DNA from: Spizellomyces punctatus DAOM BR117
Lineage: Eukaryota
Assembly (NCBI GenBank): GCA_000182565.2
Contig: KQ257451.1
DNA length: 64,000 nt
Direction: 5' to 3' (one strand)
The translations under genes and the position numbers were made by a program. This document shows positions 26,842 to 40,685 of this stretch, in pieces (position 1 is the stretch's first letter; every line of letters begins with the position of its first letter). The notes under the pieces are model-generated. The model saw only the letters and a list, made by a program, of their open reading frames with translations. It did no database searches and was not told the DNA's origin.

Positions 26842-27492
26842 GCGCTTCTCGAATAGTCGTATTCACAGTCGATGTAACACGTGTGTGGTGTATAATATAT
26901 GGCCTTGAGGGGATTTTTTCATTTTCCGTTGTGCCAACCGATTGATGCGTGATTGTAACGGATGTCGGATGGATGTTCAATTGGCCAGTATAGCGATGGT
27001 GACGGTTAAGGCTGTAAGCATTATCCTTACTGTCTTGTAGCTGGAGTGGAATGTCACTGTGGATGGACTGGTGAAGCACGTTGTTAAGGATGCTTCGAGC
27101 CGCACGCCACATTCTATATGGAGAGCATCCTGTATTGTCGTCAATCCGTCAGGTAATATGCAGAGCAAGGGCCAATTAATCCTCCAGTCAATGTCCAACG
27201 CATTCGTGTTGTCATCATCACTCTCTGTCAGACGGTATTCGCAATCAAGGACCAAATAAGCTCTTCCTTTACTGCCAGCCAGTGTGAATACCTTGACCCA
27301 TAGGCATGCGCCGGACTATTACTATCATCCATGGGACTCTTTGCGACAGGCGTTTCAAGCCTGTTATATCCTTCTAATCCCCATTACAAGTGAGCAACTA
27401 TTGACATGACGCCAACTAGGACAGTTTGTGCTAGATATATAGCCTTCCGCAAGCCCTAGAAGGGTCCACCGAGACTTCATCATATCCACTAT

Positions 27493-27942
27493 TTACATCT
27501 TCATCGGCTGAGCCCCATTTCTTTTCGTCATCTCAGACCTGTCATAACGCAGGGTTGAGAAAATTATTTTCGCCACCGTACACACTGGAAACGGTAAAGG
27601 AAACTTACTGTAGCTGCACAGAGAAATCTTCAGTTTCATCGTCATCCGCCCATGTGTCCTCCCATTGATTCAAGGTAACTTGATCATCTTCAGTTTCCTC
27701 CCACGCTATACGGACACAGCAAAAAGTAGATCGCGGTATAGCAAAGAATGATGAGCAAAATATCTGTGGTAAAGGAACCGGCTATGTCCTGATAGGTTCC
27801 TACCATCGGCGGGGAAGTCCTCAAACTCATCGTCCTCCTCGAGCATTATTGATGCTGTACCCTTTTTCAGCTTGGCTGCAGCAGCCTCCTTGTCTTCTGT
27901 TGTTGCAGGCGTTTTTGGTGTTTTGTCTGTTGGTGAGACCAT
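27493..27942 (-). CDS. SEM1: 26S proteasome subunit Sem1/DSS1
   Basis: MLEEDDEFEDFPAD|AWEETEDDQVTLNQWEDTWADDDETEDFSVQL..; three exons. Confidence 0.93.
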
Positions 27943-28148
27943 ATTGATTGTGAATAAGAGGAGTGGAGTGGATTCGCAAATGTGTTGAATGGAAGGCAAA
28001 GAGTCAATGTGGACTGTCTTGAAAACATGAGTCGCGCTTACGCGTCTCTTAATGTCCCAGCCCTCACGGTTTGTTGCTTGCACTTGAAGCTTTCAGGTTT
28101 CCTCCCCATGGTCCAACTCATCTATATTACTATACTATAAAAGATATC

Positions 28149-31007
28149 ATGACGGCAACACCCGATACTCCTCAACCTATTTTGCAGTTTGAGCCGTTCA
28201 TAAGTGCCGTTGAACCCACATTTTGGCACACACTTACGAGGAATAAAATTGACTTGTACCGACTGGACGATGCCCCACGAGAATTAATGGGCTATTATAG
28301 CACTGGGCAGATTGTGAGTGCTAGGGATAGTACTGTACAGCCGAGTGTTGCGCCCGCGAAGCTTTGCGTCAGTTCTGGTTCTTTTGACGGAAGGTAAGCA
28401 AACCATTGGGACAAATAGTGCCTTTCTTGTAAGTATCAGCTCAATAAATTGTCAATATGCACAGCTGTCCGCCATTCACCTTTCCTGCTCCCGGAACCTT
28501 GATAAATACAAATACAATTGAGGAATTCAAAAAGATTGATAAAATGAAGATATTTCGCGACACAGCGGAGCAGGTCAGTCCCGGGGAGCATGTTTGTGTA
28601 ATGCCCATAGCATGCTAAAGATGCCATAGATATGGTCGGATATAGTTTCTGGGAGAGCTGTTACGGATCCGTCTCTTCTGTGTCGGTTTCTGGTCCTGAC
28701 ATTTGCTGATCTCAAACAATATCGATTTCACTATTGGTTTGGATTTCCTGCACTACTACCGCCGGAGCCAACATTAGTGAAACGTACTACTCCCATCGCT
28801 GAGGCTCTCTCCCCAAGCCAGGTGTGTGCCCACTTACACTTCCCGCAGCTGCAAAAGTGGTTTACATTCTAATATATGACAGATCGCATCTCTCCGAGTT
28901 GAATACGATGCACTGAAAGGCGGGGACAAGGCTGCAGTCGCCCCGGCATTCTTTGTGCTCCATAAAAGGGATAATGGCGTCAAGATAGGAAACTTGAGTG
29001 AACTGGACGCAGGCGGCGATAAGGCTCCGGGCGGTGAGGTCCGTTTATACTGAGAACGCTCAGTTGTTTCCGTTTATCTCACTTAGATGGTTCCATGGAT
29101 AGATCATGGTCGGATTCGCTGATCCGTCTGGTTTGAGCAGTCATCCTGGATGGCCTCTACGAAATTTCTTGATTTTACTGAAAAAGCGATGGAATATCCA
29201 TACAATTCGCGTCCTATGCTACCGTGAAAGTCTTGGTAAAGGTGACACTTCAGCGAGTATTGTACTCGATATTGAAATACCTGGTGAATTCAAAGGTCTG
29301 CTTGGAGTTGCCATGCCTTCGTCTTTGGCATCTCGTAATCCCAGTTTTGCTTTTTTGACTATCCAGTGGATGAATGCCCAAAATCTGTTGGATGGGAGAA
29401 AAACGCAGCAGGGAAACTTGGTTCACGATTAGCGGATTTAGCCCCTCTCATGGATCCGAAACGGTACGTCGCTTTAGAGAATGTGGAGACTAATGAAGCA
29501 GAACGATTTTTACATGTTTGATTGCTTCATACTTGCAGATTAGCAGATACTGCAGTCGACCTAAACCTGAAGCTCATGCGATGGCGCATCATGCCTTCCC
29601 TGCATCTGGAGAAAATCGCGGCTACAAAGTGTTTGCTTCTGGGATCTGGGACATTAGGCTGTTACGTTGCACGATCGCTAATGGTAGCATACATGGCATT
29701 TTACTCGTTGACATGCCATATTATAAAGCCTCATATTCTCCCATCTGGACAGGCATGGGGCATTCGACACATTTCCTTTGTTGACAATGGTCGGGTGTCA
29801 TTCTCCAATCCGGTTCGCCAGCCTTTGTTTACGTTCGAGGATTCGCTTGACGGGGGCCGACCAAAGGCCGTTGTTGCAGCTGAGAACTTACGAAAGGTCT
29901 TTCCGGGGGTGGTACGCTACCGTGCATATTGCTTTACCACATGTTACGTAGCGTATACTAACACAGAGCGTGATGGGTTTATAGAAGGCTACTGGCTATA
30001 ACATGAGTATTCCCATGCCTGGCCACCACTTGGAGTCCGCGGACAAGACAAAAGCTGATATTGAAACGCTTCGAGGACTGATCGATAGCCACGATGCAGT
30101 TTTTCTGCTTATGGACAGTCGAGAAAGTAGGTGGCTTCCTACTCTTCTTGGAGCCAGTTTAGGGAAGGTGTGTTCCTGCTTCCTGCTTTACTAGTGCTGC
30201 ATAGTCAATAATCAGCATAAATTGGGTCTCAAGATTGTCATAAATTCAGCCCTAGGCTTTGACAGTTTTCTGGTCATGCGTCACGGCATGCGAGTGCAAG
30301 TCCCTATGACGACAGCCAACAGCAAAACCACAAATATACGCTTGGGATGTTATTTCTGCAACGATGTTGTAGCTCCCGCGGATGTATGTAAAGAAGTACG
30401 AGACTGCTGCTATTCGCGCCACTAACCTGTTGATGACTGTCAGTCGCTGAGTGATAGGACGCTTGACCAGCAATGCACCGTGACGCGTCCGGGATTGTCA
30501 GCAATTGCGTCTGCCTCCGCAGTTGAATTACTCATCTCAATCCTAAATCACCCCGATGGGTAAGACCTTTCTATGTCTCGGCAATCGTGACACTTGCGTT
30601 GATGCGGTTTGTGTATACAGCCCTGCCGCACCTCCTGATACGACCTTGCTTCCTTCGGAACCCACATCGCAACCTCTCGGTTTGGTGCCGCATCAAATAC
30701 GCGGTTTTCTGACCCATTTTGCAAATTTACTGGTAGTAGGACACGCATACGATAAATGCACGGCCTGTTCAGATATGGTACATGCCAATTGACAAATGTT
30801 CCATCTAACATGCGTTATCTTACGATGAGTTCTCTTTTGAACATTTAGGTCCTTTCGCTATATCAAAAGGAAGGAGATGACTTTCTATTACGTGCGCTAG
30901 CTTCACCAGCTTACCTAGAAGAAGTGACTGGATTAAAGCAGATGCATAAAGAGACGGAGGAGGCAGCCGTTGAATGGGATATTGATGTTGACGCGGAAGG
31001 TTGGTAG
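28149..31007 (+). CDS. ATG7: Autophagy E1-like enzyme Atg7
   Basis: [115 protein letters not shown]. Confidence 0.97.
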
Positions 31008-32563
31008 TAATAAAAAAGCAGATAGGATCACTAGAAGCCAGTTAGATTAGGGAACAGATGGTATATGTTGACAATGGAGATCACTCCGATGAACGGGGGA
31101 GCGCGCGGAGCTAAGCCATCCATCCAAGACACCTAGATGTAGGTTAGCGGTACCGCGAAACCATATGCTCATTTGTCATAATGTCATGCATAGCCGCAGT
31201 TGGACGAGAGAAAGTATTGTGTGGTTTTCCTTCTGTTTACATACATATTTGCCAGTCCATCATGTACCTCGTGGTTTTATAATGAGGACCGATCTCGGCC
31301 GCCCTTTCAAAAGGCTTTTGATGACACATTACACATGTTAATAAGCCAACGAATCCCTTCAGGACAGAACATTCTTTGCCCAAAAAGTTTGGCGCAAGAG
31401 CGTTTACTAAAGGATTGTACATGTGAATATTACTCTTGAACGCAACCTGTGATTTCAACAGACATCGTTCGATCTCGCTATATCCAAACGTTGCGCTTGA
31501 GTCAAAAAGTCATGATGGACACAACAAAAGCCACGTTATACAGCGTGATTATGCAAGCCTTTGCTGATGTATCTTCATCATAGCCTCATCAATCAAACAT
31601 AAAAAAATTTGGAATGTGCCCAGCAAAAAAAAAAAAGAAAAGCCCCAAAAAAAGCTTGCAGTCCAAAAGGATCGAAACGATGGATCCTCAGCTGGGCGGC
31701 TTTTTTTGGTCATTTTCCGACAATGGGAAACCCCTAAAAATTGACCGTGTTGGTGTGACTGCTGCGAAATTCTTCCAGATCCGTCGCTTTTAGAGAGAGA
31801 GGACATTCATTCACACACACACACACGGATTCGCCTCCTTTTTCCCCCTCCTCCTCCTTCTTCCCAAAGGCCCATTTTTCTTAAGTGGATCTCATTGGGA
31901 ATTACACTCTAGTCCCCTAGGAAATTGCATAGCTTTGACTGAATACACTACCCTCAGAGCTGCTCTTGACATCCGACATATACTCCTCCCCGCCCATTCT
32001 CTCGCTTTTCGCTTTGGGTGACGCTTGTTGTTTTCGCATTACAAAGCGTCATTGTTTCCCACTCTGGGCACATTCCATTTCGCGGCCGTTCAAGAACGCA
32101 TACGTGTCGGGCACTATTCGGCGCAGTGAAAGTAACTTTTGGGGCTAATCTTACACGTACGTACCGGGAAATTCTGGAGCTGGAGGACATTGTCGATTGT
32201 GGAGGAATTGGGATTGACCAAACAAGAGGGCTTTTTTGGATATTCATTGGGATGGAATAAAAAAAGGGCTGTGGACTGCGTTAGACTTGCGGAGGGAATT
32301 TTGGATGACAAACATGAAAATAGCTGCAAAACGTTTTATCCGTCAAAGGCTAACTCGGGATTCTTCTTGTAGTTCGGACTCAATTTTTGGCATTCATCAC
32401 TGGACAGGCGATATCTATCTTAACTAATCGGATATCGCTTAATTGCTGTCGACCATACGAATTCCCCATTTTACCATTATGCGGCCTCGCACCTGAGGTT
32501 CACCCTTAGCAGATATTACTCCGTTCGATTACTGTCACCTACTCTTGACATACGCTGGTCATA

Positions 32564-34212
32564 ATGGGATTGTGTACGAGCAAAGAGGAAATAATTCAGT
32601 CGAAAACCTCCCTTGCGATTGACAAGGCTATTGAAGAGGATTCGAAGAGATTGAAGAAGGAATGCAAAATATTATTGCTTGGTGAGTGATATTCTTGACG
32701 TGCATAGTACACCCAGCCGTGGTGCTTGAAGACATGAAGGCAATCTGCCTAACATACCTACCGCGGGTAACACCAATTTCTGAGGCATTAACTGTCGCAC
32801 GTTTTCTAGGCGGTGGGGAGTCGGGCAAGTCGACCATTGTCAAACAGATGAAACTTATTCATCAGAGCGGCTACACTCGGGAGGAATTAATGGCTTTCAG
32901 ACCGACGGTTTATAAAAATATACTTGACAGCATTCAAGCGCTTATTGCTGCCATAACAAATTTTAACATGACATACGCGAAGCCTGAGAATGAGGTATGT
33001 CAAAAAAAGGATCGTATGAGCTTGGAGCTGCGGAAATGAAACTTTTTGCAATCGCTTGTAGGCTGTAGCGGATAAGCTGATGGCATTACGCCCAGATTTT
33101 GATGGGTCATACAAAATTACCCCTGACATTGCGGATGCCATCTATGCCATTTACACGGACCCAACCGCAGAAACAGCTTTGGAGCGCTCCAATGAATTCT
33201 ACATCATCGACTCCGCACCCTAGTAGGTTATCATCCTCTAAAATCTGTGGCAAACGATTTCGTTGACGTTCTTTGGTCGAAAACAGCTTTTTCGCCGATG
33301 TAAAAAGAATAGGGACAAGTGACTATTGCCCAACAGAGCAAGACGTACTTCGAGCTCGTATCAAAACAACCGGAATAACAGAGACGCGATTCAACATGGG
33401 ACAATTGAGCATACAGTGAGTTGGATCATTGGAGAAGCTAACGTTGCTGAAAATGTGAAACTGACGACCTCGTATAGTATGTTTGATGTGGGGGGACAGC
33501 GATCAGAGCGACGAAAATGGATACATTGCTTTGAAGCTGTTACTTCCATCATCTTCTGCGTGGCTTTAAGCGAGTATGACCAAGTACTACTGGAAGAATC
33601 GCAACAGGTACGTGATATACTGTATTGGCATGCGTATTGCACGGATATTGATAGGATATTATCGCTGCAGAATCGTATGGCGGAAAGTTTGATACTTTTC
33701 GAATCCGTCATCAACAGCCGATGGTTTCTGCGCACATCGATTATTCTGTTCTTGAACAAAATCGATCTGTTTAAAATCAAACTGGCAAGAAATCCACTGG
33801 AAAAGTACTTTCCAGAGTACAAAGGTGTGTTCATATGTTGTTTAGGGTTGTAGCTGAGGGCCGCTAACGCGCTTATGTTGTAGGTGGACCGGACGTGAAC
33901 AAAGCCGCAAAGTTTATTCTATGGCGATTCACACAAACTAACCGAGCGCGTCTGAACATCTACCCACAGTAAGAATTGACCTTCAAAAGTTTGCGATTGC
34001 CGCAATGCCTTTTGCTTATAAATATCTCGTTCCATGTTAGCCTGACACAAGCCACTGACACGTCAAACATCAGACTTGTTTTCGCTGCTGTTAAGGTGAC
34101 CATCTTGCAAAATGCATTGAAGGATTCGGTAAGGGGCTTGAATCGTGTAAATGCGCCACGATACACTCGTAGCTGAATGATTGTGTGTTTGCTCCCTCAG
34201 GGTATCATGTAA
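32564..34212 (+). CDS. Heterotrimeric G-protein alpha subunit (fungal group III, cAMP-pathway type)
   Basis: MGLC N-terminus, [50 protein letters not shown]-terminus [13 protein letters not shown]. Confidence 0.93.
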
Positions 34213-35678
34213 GACGCACCAGTATGCTTACTGATTTCTTGGTCCTTTCTTGTGCTGCGGTCGAGAGCCTGTCGACCCTATCGACCCTTGACCATTTCCT
34301 CATACTATTTAATTTTCTCTGGTCTGTTGCGACGAGGGGAGCCGTGACCGCCACAGGCATCTGTGGGATTTGATAGACTTTTGTTTTGATGTATATAATC
34401 TTGTTTTCTTTTTGTTTTTTTGGGAAAATCCAACAGACGGTTGGTCACATGAGTCATTATATCACGTGCATGAGGCGCCATTTGGGGGCGCGGAGGTGTT
34501 CTGTTTGACAAGGAATAGATACAAACAAATGACGTCTTGATGCTGTCACTGGAACAAATTTCTTTTTTCCCACACGATTGCATTTATCATCCTTTTCACA
34601 CCTACAAAGTACTGTTTATCACCGATTATAACGTGTATATTCGCCAGATACGTGGTGGCCTTTCGACCCTTTTCCCCCTCGTCCGCTTGCTTGCTCGTTC
34701 ATCCTTGGGGGCAAGTGATTCCAACCTACTGTCTTGTGTGTGCATCTGGGGTACGTTCCCGCCCTTACCATAGCCATTGCACCATTCGGGAAAAAGACAA
34801 AGTTCCATCAGGCTCACCCTGATACCCACCGTCCCGGTGCGTGTTGTCCATTTTCCGTGACCCATTACTCGAAACACCAGAGACCTCGATCTCTTTCCAC
34901 GTCCTCAACAGGTTTGTTTTCAGACGTGGTCGCTAGCAGATTAGGTCTTGGAGCCGAGGATCCGGCCTAGTTGCATTCTCTATATTTACGTAAACACGCC
35001 CCGGCATACACACGCTGACTTCCATTCCTCGAACTTTTAACTCTCTGCAGAGTTCCCTCTATAGGGTCACGTAGCGCTACCCACTTGAGTAAAAAGGACT
35101 TTGCCGTACTGAATATCAATCCAAAGCTTGCAAGGTAAGAATCCTCTAAATCCCCGTCGCCAGATTCGAAAAGTCGAGAGTCTGTTCCAAGAGTGCTGCG
35201 GAGGCACGACAGTAGTTAGCAGCATGGTGTCTGCCAAGAGCATCTGCACGGCCTGTTCTGCTTTTATGCCGTGGCCGCAACGACGCTTGCCGGACACCCT
35301 TGCTTTGCGTCATGAGACGTCATTTTGGGGGTGCTCGCCAGGGACCACTCTATCTGACAAATCAAGCTATTCTATTGAGGCACCTCTTGACTCATTCTTC
35401 TCGATCTCGTGCCTCTCCCTTGTTCGTAGTTTGCCTTGGGGAAATCCGGTTGTCGGCCAGCGTTGAAGCACCGCGCTCCCAAACGATTACCTTGCGAGAG
35501 GATCGCCCCCTTACTCAGAATTGGCGACCATTATCCTTTGCAGCGGTCCGGTGACCTGCAGGTGAAGAAATTTTAGATGGAGATGTCGCTTCCTTTGGCC
35601 TTTGCCTAATCTCGATCAATTATTCCCGTGTAGTGAACATTTGAGCACAACGACTGCGAGTGACCATTAACTGTAAGA

Positions 35679-37320
35679 ATGGCCACGGTTGCCACGGCTT
35701 TCCGCGAACCAGCGTCCGTGGGATTGAAACGAGAATCCAACTCTCCAGTGGCGGATGGAGAACAAAGGACGGAAAATAGAGAAACTACACAAGCGCAGTC
35801 TGTTGAGTCAACGACGTCACAGTCTGCACCTACACGAATCGGTCTACTAGATTTTCCTCCCGGTGTTTCCCCCTCACCTCTGCCTACTATTGATCAGACC
35901 CCCAATCGTTTTCTCCAAAACTGCACGAAGCTGGATTTAGAACCGAATCCTTTTGAAGTTAGCTTTCTAGCACAGCAAAATGGAGCTCCGATACCAGAAC
36001 CGCCCTCTGGTGTTGGATTTGCATCAAGTCCAAATCCAATCTTACCGCCGCTGGTACCGAGTCCGCGTTTCAATGGTAGCTATGAACGTGAGGCATTTCC
36101 ATTTGGAAAGCCGGGCTCAACTGGATTTACACCAGGACCCTTACTCACCCCAATCAGCGCGGCATTAGCGTCCTTGGGCGCCCCGATCACCACTGGACCA
36201 AACGCTAATATCAGTGCTCCAGCAGAAGCGAATGGAGGTGGACCACATATTCCCCCGGCCTCCGAAACGTACACCTCAGCTTCGACTAACAGTGTAGTAC
36301 TTGGACCGCACGCACCGTACTCCTACCCTGGTGCTGATGGATCAGCCATTCCTATGGGTCCAGTGCATACAGGTACGGCCGTTGCGCCGTCAGAAGCAGC
36401 CTTCGCTCCTCCATCAGGTGCCGCTCCGGCTATGCCTGTGTATCCTTCACACAATGAAATCCCCCCGGCTGCGCAAGGCATGTATGGCCCCTCACCATTC
36501 CGGCATGCCGCATACGCCAATGGAATTGATCCGATGCTGTCAATGCAATATCCTCCCCACTCCCCTCAAGCAGCAGCTGCAACCTTATTAGATATGCGTC
36601 GAGATCAGGATCGCTCGCGACAGCGTCCAGCAGGACATGATCGAAGCTCTTGGGCTCCGATGCCGTCTCAGGAGCGCGAAGTACCCCCTAGTGTGCCTCG
36701 TAAGCGGTCGGTGGAGGAAGAGGAGGGAGAAATGCCAGGTTCAGCAAAGAGGACATCCCCACCATCTAAGGCGCGCCGAAGATCAAATGCCAGTAACGTT
36801 GCAAAGAGCGTGCCACCAGAAGATTCACCTGAGCAGTTCGATGATATGAAAAGCGACAAAAAGGTCGAAGATATGGATCCCGAGGAAAAACGACGAACGT
36901 TCCTGGAACGAAACAGACAAGGTATCTGTCGTTCTCATGTAAGAATGGCAGTCGGTGTGGTCCAGTGACTAACGTTTTCTCGTTTGTAACGCACAATAGC
37001 TGCGCTGAAATGTCGGCAAAAGAAAAAGCAATGGCTCCAAAGTCTGCAAGCCAAAGTTGATTTTCTCACAACAGACAATGAGAATCTGCAAAATCAAGCG
37101 ACCCAGCTGCGAGAAGAGATATTGAATCTCAAGACCCTACTATTGGCTCACCGAGACTGTGGGTATTCCTTCCCACCGAGTCGAGCCAAATCAGAATACT
37201 CACGGCTACTTGTCTATTTTAGGTCCAATTGCAAAGCAGAACGGTCTCAACCTTGCTGCCATAGAAGCCACTCTCCCTATATCAAGCATTCAATCATATT
37301 CCGCACATCGTCTGTACTAG
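35679..37320 (+). CDS. ATF/CREB-family bZIP transcription factor (Atf1/AtfA-like)
   Basis: N-terminal KLDLEPNPFEVSF motif typical of Atf1/Sko1; bZIP EEKRRTFLERNRQAALKCRQKKKQWLQSLQAKV...LKTLLLAHRDCP; several SP/TP sites. Confidence 0.9.
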
Positions 37321-37869
37321 TCGATATGCAGACCACAAACTACTTCCCGACAAATGATTTAATATGTGGGCTCGAAAGGTGACATTTGCCCTAGCGTCAT
37401 AGTAGTCAGAAGGAAAGAGGGTAGTTTTCCTAGTTTTTATCTTCATGTAAATATCCTCTGATTTTTTTGATTGTGAAAAATATCCACTTTTCCCTGTGCA
37501 TCATGTTATTGTTTTGTCAGTTTCCTTGTGATGTACGATCAGGAATTATGAATTAACATGAGAGTTGCCCAATGTTGCAAATGACGGTGGGCAATCGTGA
37601 ATGCTCTGCACTAAATACAAGAAATGTCTATATAATTCTACCAAATGAAAAATGCAGAAAATTGTGTGAAACTAAAATACTACTATTCACATCACTCGTG
37701 AACGGATAGATAGCACTAAATATACTATAAACTAAATGAAACAGTGGCTTTGTAAACCAACCATCTCTCGTGTACGAATAAAAATCAAATACCTTGAAAG
37801 CAAGTTTGCTTTTTCAATACCGGCGCCATGCCAAAGTAATTGTATCCAAGCAATAAAGCCATTCAGTAT

Positions 37870-38568
37870 CTATGCAGATAGTATGACGGATACTTCGTCC
37901 TCTTCGTAATCCGCATTGGCATGGCGCGTTTCCACAACCTCCACACCCATCCGCGCAGCTACATCCTTCAGCAATGAATGAACGCGGACATTCTCATGCA
38001 GCATAGCCGCTCTAATCTCCTTTATGCCATCCTGTTTTGCGTATTCGAATAATCGTTCTACCATTTGAGTGGCAAGACCACGCCCCTGGTATGCATCAGT
38101 GACTACTATCGCCAGCTCCGCGACAGTCGGATCAGACGGAATAACATCATATCTGCACACTGAGACGATCGTAGGAGTTTTCACTGTCGACGAAGGTTCA
38201 GATGGTTTGAGTGCGATGAGCGCAACACGGGTATGCTGGTCAATGTGGGTGAAATAGTGGAGTTGGGCAGGAGAAAGGTGAAGGATGACGCCGTGGAACC
38301 GTTCAAATTTCCTATTCAAATCCAACTTGAGTACAGACCGCCAGAGTACTATCCCTCTGTCTATTGTTATTCGTCAAGTCACTCACGTTCGATCACTCAG
38401 ATTTTCATGAAATAAGTATAAAGCTTTCTCGTCTTCTGGAGAAAGAAGTCGTACGTCCAGCACTTCACCGTCGTCTAGTGTGATTGGGTCACTTGTGCGT
38501 GAGGGAACGACATCATACCATGCTCCTGGCATGTGAATGTCCTCGACTGGAGGTTGTGATAGAAGCAT
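37870..38568 (-). CDS. GNAT N-acetyltransferase resembling the GNAT domain of bacterial Pat-type acetyltransferases; one intron (38312-38386)
   Basis: TLDDGEVLDVRLLSPEDEKALYLFHENLSDRTKFERFH...FTHIDQHTRVALIA...VCRY...AELAIVVTDAYQGRGLATQM (motif A Q-G-R-G)...MLHEN. Confidence 0.85.
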
Positions 38569-39107
38569 GGGGACAGATGGCAGCGCAGGGCTTTGAAGAA
38601 ATCACCCTTGGGTCTTTGCGGCTTAGAACCTTAAATGAAATAGCGTGTCATTTTGACTCAGACACCCTGTAAGCCACGAGCTCCGTGGATCAACCAGGCA
38701 GATCCCCACTAGGTGAGCAAGATTGAATATAATCATGTGGATACTTTCTTACTTTATGAAGGCATCCTGTCAGCTAAAAAGTTCTCCGTCGGGATTGAGC
38801 TTTATAGCCGCCGTTTACAACGGTCGAAAGTCGGCTTTTACCTAGACCAGATGTCCTTTGTGGCATAGACCTAGCTAGTCAATAGGCATATCTTTTTAAG
38901 ATAGCTTGCGTTAAAAAATACGAAACCCTCAGTGGGTTCTAACAAGATGCATAGTCATGCATCGGGGGAATGATGGCCAGAGTGGGAAACTGATATCAAA
39001 AAGCTTCCATTGAGGTCTTGAGAAAATCGAGTAGCACGTGTGCTCAACCACCAAAATCAATTTCCAGCTTCACAATTCGCGCTCGCCCTCTGTGACTACC
39101 ACAACAA

Positions 39108-40685
39108 ATGTCTTCATGGAATAACTCACAAGGACAGACGGTAAGTTTTGCTCTTATCTCTTTGGTTTCATGCGAGACGGAGACTAGAAAGAATTATTGC
39201 TCCAGCCTGGACTTCAAAATTCGGCTTTATCACAGTTCCTGGCGTCACTGTCGACAAGCAGTACAGCGGTATGTTTCCCAACGATGTCAACCAGAAATTG
39301 GACAGTTTTCCAATTCGAAACATCTCCAGTCCACGGAGCCTGGTAGTCAACTGTACACGTCAGGGCTACTAAGTTCTACCACAGGCTTACAGTCCGGAGC
39401 GGTTGCGAATCATGGCTTGATGCCGTTAGGGAGTGATCTCTACCAGCAAGTGCGAACAGAATATCAAGCCACGTCCGCACCTAGCCTTTCCACAACGGCA
39501 TATACTACTACCAATGCACTGCAATCTAGCTTGCCACAATATGGTCAGCCGCCGCAATCGCAACCACAACAGCAGTCTGTTGCTGCCATCCTGTCGGCAC
39601 TATCTGGACTGTTAAAGGCACAGCAGTCTGCTAATGCTTCCGCAAGTTCTCTCTCGTATCAACAACCAGCGAGCAGCGATTTTGGTATCGCAAATGGACA
39701 TATAGGGTATCCATCGACATTAACGCAGACGCCATCCCTGGTCGATGTTTTGGGGGTTCGGGTTGATACGTCTCAACATTTGAGACCTTACGGCGCTTCC
39801 AGTCAACCATTGACTCAAGCATCTGAGCAACAACAAGCTTCAATACAGTCATCGCAAACATATACGGGATTGGGAGAGCCAGTACCGGCCAACGGCAATA
39901 AGATGTATACCGCCCCGGCCGTCTCATACTACGTGCCTGAGCAAAGTCCAAAAGTTGCTAATATCAACGACCAGGAAAAGAATTCTATACCACTGGCGTC
40001 GGATGACCTTCTCCATCGAAACTACGATTCATATTTTTCAAACGATGTAGAACCGGCCCCCCAATCTCAAGATCAGGAGCAAAAGGCATCCGTTGCAATT
40101 GTGGAAACAGTTGCACCAAGTAAAGGCAAAATGACCCCTGGGGTACTCATCCATTTAGCACGGTTAAGCGAGGAAGGTTCGATATTCAATCTTTTGAAGG
40201 AACTACAAGATGCCCAGGTATGCTTTTGCGTGAATAGCAACACAGCACTGTCTGCAGCAGTTCAGACTTTCAACTCTTCGTTTTACCACAGAATGCCAAG
40301 GAGGATGAGCTATTAGAAAAGCGTAACGCTATCGTAAAGCAATATGAGAGTGAAAAGCTGGCGAGAGAAATCATGGCAGGGTCTACTCCAGAGAAGGAGC
40401 GCGAAGCTAAAAGACAGTTGGAATTAGAGATCAAAAGATATGACATGTCAATTCTGGAAGAAATGGAGGTCACTCGTCGACAACAGCAGAGAGCATTGGA
40501 GACGGTACGTATTTTGGCATCCATAATCTAGTACCTGGTTTCTTGTTAATTATTTTCCAAAAAATTGTGTTCATCAGGCAGGAGTTCCTCTATTTAAAAT
40601 TACCGATGACTTGGAGGACATCATTGCGCAACAAAAGCTTCTTTCCCTATTGGAAAGTATGGCACCAACAACAACGGGAGACTAG
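39108..40685 (+). CDS. Hypothetical protein, Q/S-rich N-terminus and helical C-terminal domain (possibly DUF2458-like)
   Basis: Long ORF plus spliced C-terminal exons ...ELEIKRYDMSILEEM...QQQRALETAGVPLFKITDD...QQKLLSLLE. Family assignment tentative. Confidence 0.6.

Noticed and set aside
26950-27440. Small gene or snoRNA between RPL35A and SEM1 (intron-like GTAATA..TCAG on +; GTGATGA..CTGA on -; isolated ATATCCTT and TCCTTAAC motifs)
   Set aside because: No spliced frame gives a recognisable protein, no terminal stem or rRNA guide was identified, and the U12-like motifs are on opposite strands.
32809-32835. G-alpha P-loop GGGESGKST instead of GA/GSGESGKST
   Set aside because: The changed position varies among G-alpha proteins, and the catalytic Arg and Gln and other G boxes are intact.
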